A model generated the notes under the pieces. That model was not told where the DNA came from. It did no database searches and saw nothing but the letters and a program-made list of their open reading frames with translations. From an uncultured Actinomycetes bacterium (GTDB taxonomy: Bacteria > Actinomycetota > Acidimicrobiia > IMCC26256 > PALSA-610): 64,000 nt of DNA. The stretch lies in assembly GCA_963782465.1 (NCBI GenBank), contig CAWAJR010000005.1, positions 321,671-385,670 of the forward strand, given 5' to 3'. A program made the translations under genes and the position numbers. Below, piece after piece: positions 28,322-37,444 of this stretch (the stretch's first letter is position 1; every line of letters starts with the position of its first letter).

Positions 28322-29311
28322 ATGACGTCCCTCACCGCGAACGACAAAAACGCGGGTGGGGGGCTGCAACGCAACGGGAACGCCGGCGACGTCTGGGCCG
28401 ACCGCATCTTTCGCGGTTCGACCCTCGTCGCCGGCCTCACCGTTCTCGCGGCCCTTGCGCTGATCGCGTACTCGACGACGAAGCAGGCCTGGCCCGCGTT
28501 CCACCACGCGGGCCTCTCCTACATCACGTCGAAGACGTGGGACCCGGCGCACGAGAAGTTCGGCTCGCTGGCGTTCGTGTACGGCACGGTCGTCACGTCG
28601 CTGATCGCGATCGTCATCGCGGTGCCCGTCAGCCTGGGGATCGCCCTGTTCACGACGGAGGTCGCGCCACCCAGATTGCGGCGACCGATCGTGTACGTCG
28701 TCGACCTTCTCGCGGCGATCCCGTCGGTGGTGTACGGCTTGTGGGGCGTGCTCGTGTTCGGGCCGTGGATCGCCAAGCGCTACCTCACGATCTCGCATTG
28801 GGTGAACGGCATCCCGGTGCTCGACGCCCTCTTCGGCGGGGCCGTCACCGGACGAAGCCTCATGACCGCGGGGATCATCCTGTCGTTCATGGTGACGCCG
28901 ATCATCACCGCGTTGACGCGCGAAACCTTCGCGACCGTGGCGCAGGACGACAAGAACGCCGCGCTGGCCATGGGCGCGACCCGGTGGGAGATGATCCGGG
29001 TCACGGTGTTGCCGAGGGTTCGGAGCGGCGTGGTCGCGTCGGTGATGCTCGGCCTCGGGCGCGCGATGGGCGAGACGATCGCGGCCGCGCTGGTGATCGG
29101 GGCCAATCACCAGGTCACGACGCACCTGTTCTCGTCGGGCGACTCGATGGCGGCGGTCATCGCCAACGAGTTCGGTGAGGCCCAAGGCGACTTCCGCGCC
29201 GCGCTCATCGGCCTCGGCGTGCTGCTGTTCGTGATCACGATCATCGTGAACGGGCTCGCCCGGCTGATCGTTCGGGCCACGAGCGGGAACTCGGCCGGGG
29301 TGGCGCTGTGA
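28322..29311 (+). CDS. pstC: Phosphate ABC transporter permease PstC
   Basis: Multi-TM protein with the EAA-type loop ALAMGATRWEMIRVTVLP. Operon position is after pstS. Confidence 0.9.
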   Translation: MTSLTANDKNAGGGLQRNGNAGDVWADRIFRGSTLVAGLTVLAALALIAYSTTKQAWPAFHHAGLSYITSKTWDPAHEKFGSLAFVYGTVVTSLIAIVIAVPVSLGIALFTTEVAPPRLRRPIVYVVDLLAAIPSVVYGLWGVLVFGPWIAKRYLTISHWVNGIPVLDALFGGAVTGRSLMTAGIILSFMVTPIITALTRETFATVAQDDKNAALAMGATRWEMIRVTVLPRVRSGVVASVMLGLGRAMGETIAAALVIGANHQVTTHLFSSGDSMAAVIANEFGEAQGDFRAALIGLGVLLFVITIIVNGLARLIVRATSGNSAGVAL

Positions 29312-30222
29312 CCGCGACGCTCGAACAGTCACCGGCGCTGCCGCCGGAACCGGCCGATTGGATGTTGCAGCGCACGGTGGCGCGCGGCCGGCGCGTACGC
29401 GACCGGATCGCGACCGCGTGGATGTTCGCATCGGTGCTGGCGGCGCTGATCCCGCTCGTGTTCGTCTTCGGCTACGTCCTGCAAAAGGGCGCCAAGGTCA
29501 TCGACAAGGCGTGGTTCACCAAAGACATCGCGATCATCGACCAGTTCCCCGGCGGCGGGATGAAGGCTGCGATCATCGGAACGCTGATCATCACGTTCTG
29601 GGCGACCGCCATTGCCGTGCCCCTCGGTGTGGGAGCCGCGATCTACCTCAACGAGTACGGGCGCAATCGTCGCCTCGCGCGGCTCATCCGCTTCCTCGCC
29701 GACGTCATGACCGGCGTCCCCTCCATCGTGATGGGTTTGTTCGTCTTCTCGATCTTCACGTTGCGCTACGGCTTGCTCGGCTTCGGCGGCGCGCTCGCGC
29801 TCGCCGCGCTCATGCTGCCGATCGTGATCCGTTCGTCGGAGGAGATGCTGCGACTCGTCCCCGACGAACTCCGTCAGGCGAGCGACGGGCTCGGCGCCCG
29901 GCGCTGGCACACCGTGTTGCGGGTGATCCTGCCGGCCGCCCTCCCGGGCATCGTCAGCGGTTCGATGCTCGCGGTCGCGCGCGCCGCCGGAGAAACGGCG
30001 CCACTGCTGTTCACGATCGGAGCGTCACGAAAGACGAACACCGATGCCTTCCACGGCGCGAACACGGCGCTCCCGTCGCAGGTCTTCGGCAATGCCCAAC
30101 GGCCATTTCAGGCTGCGATCGACCGGGGTTGGGGCGCGGCACTCACGCTCGTCGTGATCGTGTTCGTCTTCACGGTGATCGCGCGTGTGGTGAGCGCGCG
30201 GTTCGCGACCTACAAGCGCTGA
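29308..30222 (+). CDS. pstA: Phosphate ABC transporter permease PstA
   Basis: EAA loop ASDGLGARRWHTVLRVILP. 4-nt overlap with pstC. Confidence 0.9.
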   Translation: MTATLEQSPALPPEPADWMLQRTVARGRRVRDRIATAWMFASVLAALIPLVFVFGYVLQKGAKVIDKAWFTKDIAIIDQFPGGGMKAAIIGTLIITFWATAIAVPLGVGAAIYLNEYGRNRRLARLIRFLADVMTGVPSIVMGLFVFSIFTLRYGLLGFGGALALAALMLPIVIRSSEEMLRLVPDELRQASDGLGARRWHTVLRVILPAALPGIVSGSMLAVARAAGETAPLLFTIGASRKTNTDAFHGANTALPSQVFGNAQRPFQAAIDRGWGAALTLVVIVFVFTVIARVVSARFATYKR

Positions 30223-30234
30223 GCCGGTTCGCGA

Positions 30235-30507
30235 TCAGCTCTCGGGCTCGTCGCCCAGGTCCCATTCGAGGATGAGGTGTTCACGCTCGGCGTCGCGCGC
30301 GACGCGCTCGCGGTTGCGGCGGAACTGCGGGTCGTAAACCGGCAACAGTTGCAACCGGGCCATCGCACGCTGGCGGAACTCGTCGATCGCGTGCTGGTCG
30401 CCGAAGACCCGCCGGATGTCCCAGTGAGGCGCGACCGGGCCGGTGTAGATGATCTGCACGTGCCCTCGTGGCGGGATCTCTTCGAGTTCTTCGGCTTCGG
30501 TCGACAT
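30235..30507 (-). CDS. Hypothetical acidic 90-aa protein
   Basis: Clean ORF with non-shadow composition. No motif recognised. Confidence 0.45.
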   Translation of the reverse strand: MSTEAEELEEIPPRGHVQIIYTGPVAPHWDIRRVFGDQHAIDEFRQRAMARLQLLPVYDPQFRRNRERVARDAEREHLILEWDLGDEPES

Positions 30508-30571
30508 GGCTGCAGGCTACCGGAGGGGGTCGGAGCGGCTGCTTGCGCCCCGACCCCGCCCGGGCGCTCGA

Positions 30572-32122
30572 TCAGGCGTTGGGCTTCGAACCGAGGACGA
30601 CGCTGAACGTCTGCTCCTGACCCTTGCGATTGACCGTGATCGTGACCTTGTCGCCGGGAACGTGGGCGCGAACGGCGTTGATCACGTCGTCGGTGGTGGT
30701 CACCGCAGTGCCGTCGATCTTCACGATCACGTCACCGACCTTGATGCCGGCCCGGCTGGCTGCCGACCCGCTCGTCACGTCGGCGACGTACGCACCTTGG
30801 TTCACGGACAGGTTTTCCCGGCTCACCAGGCTCGACGTGATCGGTTCGGTGCCGACGCCGAGGAAGGCAAGCTGTGGTTGCTTCCCGTTGCTCAGCGCCG
30901 CGATCGCAGGCTTCGCCTCATTGATTGCGATCGCGAAGCCGATGTTGTTCGACTGGCTCGGATCGGCGATTGCGGTGTTGATGCCGACAACTTGGCCGTT
31001 CGCGTCGACGAGCGGACCGCCGGAGTTACCGGGGTTGATCGCGGCGTCCGTTTGGATCGTGTTGGGGATGTCGACGCCGTTCGGGTTGCTGTTGCTCCCC
31101 GGCTCCTGGAGGATGCGGTTCACACCTGAAACGATGCCGCTCGTTACCGTCGGCGCGCCCTCGATACCGAGCGCGTTACCGATCGCAACGACTTGGTCGC
31201 CGACTTCGAGCGCGTCGGAGTTCCCGAATTGCACGGTCGGCAGGTTGCTCGCATCGACTTTGATGACCGCAAGGTCCGACTGGGTCGAGACGCCCAACAC
31301 CTTGGCCTTGAGTTGCTGACCATCGGCCAGCTTCACGGTGACGCTGCTCGCGTCGGAGACCACGTGCGCGTTGGTCGCGATACGACCGTCGGGCGAGATG
31401 ATGAAACCGGTACCGACGCCCTGCTCCGAGCCACCGAAGCCGCCGCTGTTGATCACGACGTCGATGCGCACGACCGCCGGGCCGACTTTCTGCAGGATCG
31501 CCTGGATGTCGCCCGGCGATTGGATGATCGACGCGGGCCGGGACGGGGCGGTGCTGGCCGACTGTTCGATGATGGTCTTGGTGCCGCCGTTGTGGTCGGT
31601 CGCGGCGACGACGCCACCGCCGATGAGCGCGCCGACCAGCGCGGCCGCGGCGGCAACGGCGGCGATCTTCGAACCGGCACGGCTCCGGGACGCCCCGCTG
31701 CCGGTTCCGCCGTTCGCAGGAGGCGTCGGGGCCCACGCGGCCGACGGGATGGTCGGCTCACCGGGACCTCCCTCGCCGGGCGCCGTGGGCGGGAGCGGGG
31801 GTTCGGGTGCACTGCCGGCCGCCGACCAGGTGGCACCGGGCGCCCACGCCGCGCTGGGCGGGAACGACGGTTCCATGCCCGGGGGGGTTTCGCCCGCCGC
31901 GGCCGAAGTCTCGGAACCGGCGCTCACGTCGATCCAGGGCGAGAAGGCGGGGGGCGGTGGGACCGTTTCAGCCGGAGCAGCAGGTGGCAGGTCCTGGGAG
32001 TCGGTTTGGGCAGTCGGAGGTGCCGGCTCCAACGCTTCAAGGGGCTCGGCCCCGGTTTCTCCGGGGCCGTTCTCGGGCCCGCGCTCGGGGTCGGGAGCGC
32101 TTGTCGGCGTGTTCTCGTCCAT
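30572..32122 (-). CDS. htrA: HtrA/PepD-type serine protease with PDZ domain and Pro-rich N-terminus
   Basis: TNAHVV, DLAVIKV, GNSGGPLV (catalytic triad contexts), and a C-terminal PDZ (GAYVADVTSGSAASRAGIKVGDVI). TM segment IAAVAAAAALVGALIGGGVV. Confidence 0.9.
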   Translation of the reverse strand: MDENTPTSAPDPERGPENGPGETGAEPLEALEPAPPTAQTDSQDLPPAAPAETVPPPPAFSPWIDVSAGSETSAAAGETPPGMEPSFPPSAAWAPGATWSAAGSAPEPPLPPTAPGEGGPGEPTIPSAAWAPTPPANGGTGSGASRSRAGSKIAAVAAAAALVGALIGGGVVAATDHNGGTKTIIEQSASTAPSRPASIIQSPGDIQAILQKVGPAVVRIDVVINSGGFGGSEQGVGTGFIISPDGRIATNAHVVSDASSVTVKLADGQQLKAKVLGVSTQSDLAVIKVDASNLPTVQFGNSDALEVGDQVVAIGNALGIEGAPTVTSGIVSGVNRILQEPGSNSNPNGVDIPNTIQTDAAINPGNSGGPLVDANGQVVGINTAIADPSQSNNIGFAIAINEAKPAIAALSNGKQPQLAFLGVGTEPITSSLVSRENLSVNQGAYVADVTSGSAASRAGIKVGDVIVKIDGTAVTTTDDVINAVRAHVPGDKVTITVNRKGQEQTFSVVLGSKPNA

Positions 32123-32155
32123 CGATCCTCCGTGTGGAGCTTTCGTCGAGATGTG

Positions 32156-32181
32156 AACGCCGGGGCAACGAATGACGTTCC
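32156..32181 (-). promoter_or_regulatory. ECF (SigE-type) promoter upstream of htrA: GGAAC-N17-CGTT
   Basis: Minus strand has GGAAC (32181-32177), a 17-nt spacer, then CGTT (32159-32156). This is about 35 nt before ATG 32122, which has a GGAGGA RBS. It has the same architecture as the sigE promoter. Confidence 0.4.
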
Positions 32182-32320
32182 GGAAGGGTCACACTCTTGT
32201 CAAGATCTAACCCTAGGTACGGATAGTGGTCCCGGAACGGGTAGGTACAGGAGCGGCTCGCCCGGGCCGGTTCCACTGAACTCCGGGAACTCCAGACTCG
32301 TACGGATCGTTGGAAAGGAG

Positions 32321-32584
32321 ATGACGGTGCAAGAAACCCCCGACGAATACGCCTGGATGCTGCACGCCAAGTGCAGAGGCGTCCGCCCAGCCGACTTCTT
32401 TCCCTCCGACGGCCTCGGCGTCGAATCGGCGCAGCATGTGTGCCACAACTGCCCCGTTCGCGCCGAATGCCTCGAGTACGCGCTCGAGAACCGGATCGAG
32501 CACGGCGTGTGGGGCGGTGCGTCCGAACGTGAACGGCGCCGCATCCTGCGCCGCCGGCGCCAGCTGAGCGCGACGCAGAACTGA
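32321..32584 (+). CDS. whiB: WhiB-family transcription factor
   Basis: CRGVRPADFFP...CHNCPVRAECLEYAL...GVWGG gives four Cys and the G(V/I)WGG turn. AAAGGAG RBS precedes ATG 32321. Confidence 0.9.
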   Translation: MTVQETPDEYAWMLHAKCRGVRPADFFPSDGLGVESAQHVCHNCPVRAECLEYALENRIEHGVWGGASERERRRILRRRRQLSATQN

Positions 32585-32631
32585 CCCGCCGCCCTGGGCC
32601 CCGACGGCACAGCCGTCGGCCGGTCCGGCGG

Positions 32632-33657
32632 TTACCAGTGGAACGGTGCGAGCACGACTCGCGCGAGCCGCGTGTAGGCCGCATCCTGCGCCGGCCGCGA
32701 CACGTCGGCCGCGATGCCGAGGAGTTCCGCTCTCGGCGCGTCGCCGACGCACGTGTACACCACGCCGCCGCGTTCCCACACGAGTGCGACGCCGCCGGGG
32801 AGCGAGTACGTCACGGCAGGCTTGCCGCGCACCTCGGCTTGGTCCCCACCGGCCGGCAACGCGGCCCAGTTGAGATCGCCCGGCTGCTCGAAGACGGATG
32901 CCGAGAGCAAGCCGTCGCTGTAGGTCAGCTGCACGGTCGAACCCGAGTGCTTCCACCGCCCGACGAGACGGAACCCGTTCCCGACACGCGAAGGTGCGCG
33001 GTACGGCGCTTCGAGATGCGTGACGAGCCGCACCGCGGCGGCGGGTGCCGAAGCGGTATCGGGTAACGGCGCGACGCCCGCTTGGTCCGCGTTCGACCAG
33101 ACGCTGGTGAAGGCGAGCGACCGTTGGCGCACGCCACCGTCGTACGACTCGCGCCGCAGCACGAGGCCCGTCGCGTCGTCGATGTAGAAGCGCTCGACGA
33201 GCACGTTGTCGCTCGCGCGCCGGGCGTCGACGACGGTCGTCGGTTGACCGGCAACCTTGGGGCCGGAAGCGCGCGTGAGCTGGTATTTGTCGGTCGGGCT
33301 CGGCGCGCCCTGCAAACCGGCGCCCGGTGCCGTGCTCCACGCCGAACCGTCGAGGAGCAGCCGGTCGGGGGTCGACGCGACGACGCGACCGTGGTCGCTG
33401 ATCTCCATGACGCCGGCGTGGTAGCTGACGAGCGCCTGCTCCCCGTGCGTCACCCCTTCGGTATCTGACCACTGCACGATGACCACACCCGAGAAGTCGT
33501 GATCGGCGAGGCGTTCGCGCGCCTGGGTGAGCAGGTCGGAGTTCGGGTCGTTCGACGAACCGGGACTCTGCGCGTGCGCCGCGATCACCGTGGCGCTCCC
33601 GGCCGCGACCGCTCCCGCTACCGCGACGAGCGCAATGGCGAGCGAACGAGCCTTCAT
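32632..33657 (-). CDS. MucB/RseB-like periplasmic sigma-E regulatory protein
   Basis: Signal peptide MKARSLAIALVAVAGAVAAG. DKYQLTRASGPKVAGQPTTVVDARRASDNVLVERFYIDDATGLVLRRESYD resembles RseB. Third gene of the sigma/anti-sigma operon. Confidence 0.55.
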   Translation of the reverse strand: MKARSLAIALVAVAGAVAAGSATVIAAHAQSPGSSNDPNSDLLTQARERLADHDFSGVVIVQWSDTEGVTHGEQALVSYHAGVMEISDHGRVVASTPDRLLLDGSAWSTAPGAGLQGAPSPTDKYQLTRASGPKVAGQPTTVVDARRASDNVLVERFYIDDATGLVLRRESYDGGVRQRSLAFTSVWSNADQAGVAPLPDTASAPAAAVRLVTHLEAPYRAPSRVGNGFRLVGRWKHSGSTVQLTYSDGLLSASVFEQPGDLNWAALPAGGDQAEVRGKPAVTYSLPGGVALVWERGGVVYTCVGDAPRAELLGIAADVSRPAQDAAYTRLARVVLAPFHW

Positions 33658-34171
33658 GGTTGCGGGAACCCGACCGGTACGGCCGCGGGGGCGAGGTTGC
33701 TCAACGGGTCGGACGACTGCAGCGACGAGGCCGCGGCGTGCGAATCGACGAGCGCGGGAAGGCTCGGCGAGACGCGCTGGTGATGCTCGGGCGCGGCGAC
33801 GGCGACACCGACCGCCACCGCAACCGCGGCGGCCGCCATCGCGGCCCAGCGCGGCGAGCGGCGGGGGCTCGCTCGCGTGATCGGTACGACCGCGGCGGGG
33901 CCGAGGCGGCGCGCGCGAGGTCGGCATCGTTTCGATCCGACTCGGCGACCTCCGCGACGGAGGTGAGGACGCGCAGCCAGAACCCCGACGGCGGTTCGCG
34001 CTCGGGCAGGTCGCGAACCGCGGCGCGGGCAACCGTGACGTCGTCGAGGATGTGGCGCCACGCCGCGTCGTTTTCGAGGCGCGCCTGCACCGCCGCCCGC
34101 TGCGCGTCGTCGAGCTCGCCGTCGACGAACGCCGAGAGCAGGTCTTCGCCGAGGCGCGGTGCGTCACTCAT
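33654..34171 (-). CDS. Anti-sigma factor (RseA/zf-HC2-like N-terminus, single TM), one frameshift near 33900
   Basis: LLSAFVDGELDDAQRAAVQARLENDAAW in ORF 33701-34171. The TM helix WAAMAAAAVAVAVGVAVAA is in ORF 33654-34061. Confidence 0.6.
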
Positions 34172-34180
34172 CGCGCCCGC

Positions 34181-34672
34181 TCATGTCAGCGCCGCGCGGA
34201 GAAGGCGCCGGCCCCGGTGGATGCGCGAGCGCACGGTGCCGACCGGCACGCCTTGCATCGCGGCGATCTCGTCGTAGCTCAGACCGACGACGTCGCAAAG
34301 AACGACCGCGGTGCGAAATTCGTCGGACAGCGACGACAACGCGCCCTGCACTTCGTCGCTCAGGTCGGCGGAGATCTCGTCGGCCGCTGCGCTCGGGGGG
34401 AGCACCCGCTCGGCGTCGTCGCCGAACGGATCGGTCGGGCGGCGCCGGCGCCGGCGCACTTCGTCGAGGAAGACGTTGGTGACGATGCGCGAGAGCCACG
34501 CAGGTAGCGAACCCGGCTCGTAGCTCTCCAACCCGCGTCGCACTCGCAACAACGTCTCCTGCACCAGGTCTTGGGCATCGGCATCGTTCCCGGCGAGGCG
34601 GTAGGCCACGTTGTAGAGGAAGCGCCCGTGGTCACGGGCGACCTCTTCCCACGTGGGCACACCGTCAGCCAT
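34181..34672 (-). CDS. sigE: ECF sigma-70 factor (SigE-like)
   Basis: Region 2 DLVQETLLRV and region 4 YDEIAAMQGVPVGTVRSRIHRGRRLL. Synteny with anti-sigma, htrA and tat genes as in mycobacterial sigE. Confidence 0.85.
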   Translation of the reverse strand: MADGVPTWEEVARDHGRFLYNVAYRLAGNDADAQDLVQETLLRVRRGLESYEPGSLPAWLSRIVTNVFLDEVRRRRRRPTDPFGDDAERVLPPSAAADEISADLSDEVQGALSSLSDEFRTAVVLCDVVGLSYDEIAAMQGVPVGTVRSRIHRGRRLLRAALT

Positions 34673-34678
34673 GAGAGG

Positions 34679-34704
34679 AACGACGGCTCGGAGGCGTGAG
34701 TTCC
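34679..34704 (-). promoter_or_regulatory. ECF autoregulatory promoter GGAAC-N17-CGTT, 6 nt from the sigE ATG (leaderless)
   Basis: Minus strand has GGAAC (34704-34700), a 17-nt spacer, CGTT (34682-34679), then CCTCTC and ATG 34672. Confidence 0.45.
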
Positions 34705-34744
34705 CGGTTGGGTGCCCGAAGACGAGATTTGAACGCGAGGAGCG

Positions 34745-34915
34745 TTACTTGGAGCGGTGCTGCTCGTCTTCGCCGTCGTGCTTGTCGTCCATGCCCTTCT
34801 TGAACTCGCGCTGGGCCTGGCCCAATGAACGCGCCAAGGAAGGCAGCTTTGCGCCGCCGAAGAGCAAGAGCACGATGAGGAGGATGATCAACAACTCGGG
34901 AGCGCCGAGGCTCAT
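34745..34915 (-). CDS. tatA: Twin-arginine translocase subunit TatA/E (56 aa; below the ORF-track cutoff)
   Basis: Hand translation: MSLGAPELLIILLIVLLLFGGAKLPSLARSLGQAQREFKKGMDDKHDGEDEQHRSK. This is the canonical TatA TM helix plus amphipathic helix. Confidence 0.85.
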   Translation of the reverse strand: MSLGAPELLIILLIVLLLFGGAKLPSLARSLGQAQREFKKGMDDKHDGEDEQHRSK

Positions 34916-34969
34916 AGGGGCACCTTTCCGACGGTGGCCGCTTCTCAGGGTACCAACGCCGCGCCGGCT

Positions 34970-35959
34970 TCAACGCAGCAGGGCCGACGCGAGCAGTTCG
35001 ACGTCGTCGATCGCCCCGACCTGGAACGGCACCGCTCCCACTCCGGCGACGAGCGTCTCGACGCCCAACTCCGACCATGCATTCGCCTGGTCGCGTACGT
35101 CGTCGACCGTACCGACGAGGCGACCGCGGCGGAACTCGTCGAGCCCGACCCGGTCGAGCACGCCCGGGGTATTGGCCCGCAGCCGTTCGTAGCGCCGGCG
35201 CAGGTCGACCTCGTTCTCGCCGACGAGCGCGTAGAGCCCGAGCGTCCGCCACACCGTCGACGGGTCGCGACCGATCGCTTCGCAGGCCCGCTCGAGCACT
35301 GTGCAGCGTTCCCGGTAGGCGTCGATCGTCCACGTCCAGCACGTGTTCCAACCGTCGGCATGACGGGCGACGAGACCCAAGAGGCGATCACCCTTGCCGC
35401 CCACGAACACCCGCGGTCGCGGCGCCTGCACCGGCGCCGGCCATGGGGCCGCGCCACGGGTCGAATGCGCGGCGCCGTTGTAGTTGACGGGGCCGCCCTC
35501 GAGCACGGCGGTCACAACCTCCACCGCCTCCCGGAGCCGCGAGAGCCGCGCCCCCGGGCCGGGCATGGCGTCGAACCCGAGCGCGGCGTACTCGGGCTCG
35601 TACCAGCCGGCCCCAAGGCCGACATCGATCCGGCCGCCCGACACACGGTCGGCGGTGGCCAACGCCTTCGCGAGCAGCGCCGCGGGCCGCAACGCTTCGA
35701 GCAGCACCAGCGTGCCGAGCCGAACCCGTGGCACGAGACGCGCGAGCGCGCTCAGCGTCACGATCGGCTCGTAACACGCGTCCCGTCGGTCGCTGCCGCC
35801 GTACTTGCCGAGATCGAGGAACAGGTGATCGGAGCACCACAACGAATCGAAGCCGGCGGCTTCGGCGACCCGAGCGTGCTCGACGATCGTCGCGAACGAC
35901 AACGGGCGCTCACCGGGAACCGAGTAGTCGTACTGGGGCAGCGCGAGCCCGAGGCGCAT
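34970..35959 (-). CDS. LLM-class (luciferase-like) F420-dependent oxidoreductase
   Basis: GFDSLWCSDHLF, GRIDVGLGAGW and GKGDRLLGLVARHADGWN are typical of the LLM family. Confidence 0.8.
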   Translation of the reverse strand: MRLGLALPQYDYSVPGERPLSFATIVEHARVAEAAGFDSLWCSDHLFLDLGKYGGSDRRDACYEPIVTLSALARLVPRVRLGTLVLLEALRPAALLAKALATADRVSGGRIDVGLGAGWYEPEYAALGFDAMPGPGARLSRLREAVEVVTAVLEGGPVNYNGAAHSTRGAAPWPAPVQAPRPRVFVGGKGDRLLGLVARHADGWNTCWTWTIDAYRERCTVLERACEAIGRDPSTVWRTLGLYALVGENEVDLRRRYERLRANTPGVLDRVGLDEFRRGRLVGTVDDVRDQANAWSELGVETLVAGVGAVPFQVGAIDDVELLASALLR

Positions 35960-35997
35960 GGAACAGGGAGGCTATCCACCACATCTAGCCTGGGCTC

Positions 35998-36885
35998 GTG
36001 CTCGAGTGCGTCGTGAACGTGTCGGAAGGTCGCGACATGGACGTGTTGCGCACGCTGTCACTGGCCTGCGGCGAGGCGCTGATCGACGTGCACAGCGATC
36101 CCGACCACAACCGTTCCGTGTTCACCCTGGCCGGCGCGAAGGCGACCGACACCCAGGCCGCGTCGCGGGCGCTCGCGCGTGCCGTCGGCGAGCATCTCTC
36201 CGTGTCGGAGCACGACGGTGTCCACCCGCTGCTGGGCGCGCTCGACGTCGTTCCGTTCGTCCCGCTCGGTGGCACCCCGGCCGAGGAAAACATCGCGGCC
36301 GACGCTGCGACCTCGTTCGCCCGATGGTGGTCGGCTCGCTACGAGGTCCCCGTCTTCTTGTTCGGGGATGCCGATCCGAAACGCCGCACGCTGCCGCAGG
36401 CTCGCCGCACGGCCTTTTCCAGCCGCGTGCCCGACTACGGGCCACCGCAACCGCACGAACGGCTCGGCGCGACCGCAGTGGGCGTCCGCTCACCACTGAT
36501 TGCGATCAACTGCCTCCTGCTGAGCGACGAGGTCGAGATCGCGCGGCGCATCGCGCGCGGCGTTCGGGAAGAGACGGGCGGGCTCCCTGGCGTTCGCGCC
36601 CTCGGGTTCATGCTCGAATCCCAAGGCCGCGCCCAAGTCTCGATGAACCTCGTCGACCTCCCGAGCACGGGCATCGAGATCGCGTGCCGGAAGGTCCGGG
36701 TCCTCGCCCGGCAGGAACGCACCGATGTCGCGGCGATCGAGCTCGTCGGTCTGGTGCCACGCCGCGAACTGGACCGCTGCAGCGAGGAGTTCCTCGCGTG
36801 GAGCAAGCTCGACGCGACTTCGACCATCGAGGCTCGCGTGGGGGTCGGGCCGCGCTGGTTGCCGGGCGAGGCGCTCCCCCGCTAG
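35998..36885 (+). CDS. Glutamate formimidoyltransferase (FTCD N-terminal-type)
   Basis: LECVVNVSEGRD, HSDPDHNRSVFTL, LGALDVVPFVP. Confidence 0.8.
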   Translation: MLECVVNVSEGRDMDVLRTLSLACGEALIDVHSDPDHNRSVFTLAGAKATDTQAASRALARAVGEHLSVSEHDGVHPLLGALDVVPFVPLGGTPAEENIAADAATSFARWWSARYEVPVFLFGDADPKRRTLPQARRTAFSSRVPDYGPPQPHERLGATAVGVRSPLIAINCLLLSDEVEIARRIARGVREETGGLPGVRALGFMLESQGRAQVSMNLVDLPSTGIEIACRKVRVLARQERTDVAAIELVGLVPRRELDRCSEEFLAWSKLDATSTIEARVGVGPRWLPGEALPR

Positions 36886-36921
36886 CCGGTTCAGGCGGTT
36901 CAGGGGGTTCAGCCGGGTCAG
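36886..36921. repeat. 9-bp tandem repeat (NNGGTTCAG x4) at the whiB 3' end
   Basis: CCGGTTCAG GCGGTTCAG GGGGTTCAG CCGGGTCAG. On the minus strand each unit carries an in-frame TGA (36920, 36911, 36902, 36893). The first of these is the whiB stop. Confidence 0.85.
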
Positions 36922-37202
36922 GCGGTCGCGAGCCCTCGGCGCACCAGCGCGCGCTGGCGGCGGAGCCGCCGCCGTTCCCGCTCGGACATCCCACCCCAGA
37001 TGCCGAACTTCTCCCCGTGGCGCAACGCGTACTCCAGGCACTCGAGGCGGACCTCGCACCCCCCGCACACGCCCTTGGCTTCCTTGGTGGACGCGCCACG
37101 CTCCGGAAAGAAGAGATCGGGGTCGACGCCGAGGCAGTTGGCCCGTTCCTGCCACCGCCGGTCTGAAACGTCGACCTCGAGCTGCATGAGCATTTCTCGC
37201 AT
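36918..37202 (-). CDS. whiB: WhiB-family transcription factor (WhiB1-like)
   Basis: ANCLGVDPDLFFP...CGGCEVRLECLEYAL...GIWGG. GAGGAGG RBS. Confidence 0.9.
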   Translation of the reverse strand: MREMLMQLEVDVSDRRWQERANCLGVDPDLFFPERGASTKEAKGVCGGCEVRLECLEYALRHGEKFGIWGGMSERERRRLRRQRALVRRGLATA

Positions 37203-37281
37203 CGGCTGCCTCCTCGCTATGACTCAGCCACCACATAGCCGCCGAATGCCGGCATCCAATGACCCACCGGATTTGCGTGCA

Positions 37282-37335
37282 CAAGAACGGCATCCGGGCT
37301 GACCCCGTCGGGGTGCACCGCGAATGCCGTTCTTG
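37282..37335. promoter_or_regulatory. Nested palindromes upstream of whiB (12-bp arms, 30-bp spacer)
   Basis: CAAGAACGGCAT (37282-37293) pairs with ATGCCGTTCTTG (37324-37335). Inside are ACCCCG-T-CGGGGT, and GTGCAC on both sides. Confidence 0.35.
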
Positions 37336-37444
37336 AAATTACACTGGTGTCATCTTGACGCGCCCATCCGAGGGCCCGCAAGGGGAAGCCTGATATTCGT
37401 GTCCCGTTCAGCGCGGAATATTGCCGCGAATGGGCGATAACGGC

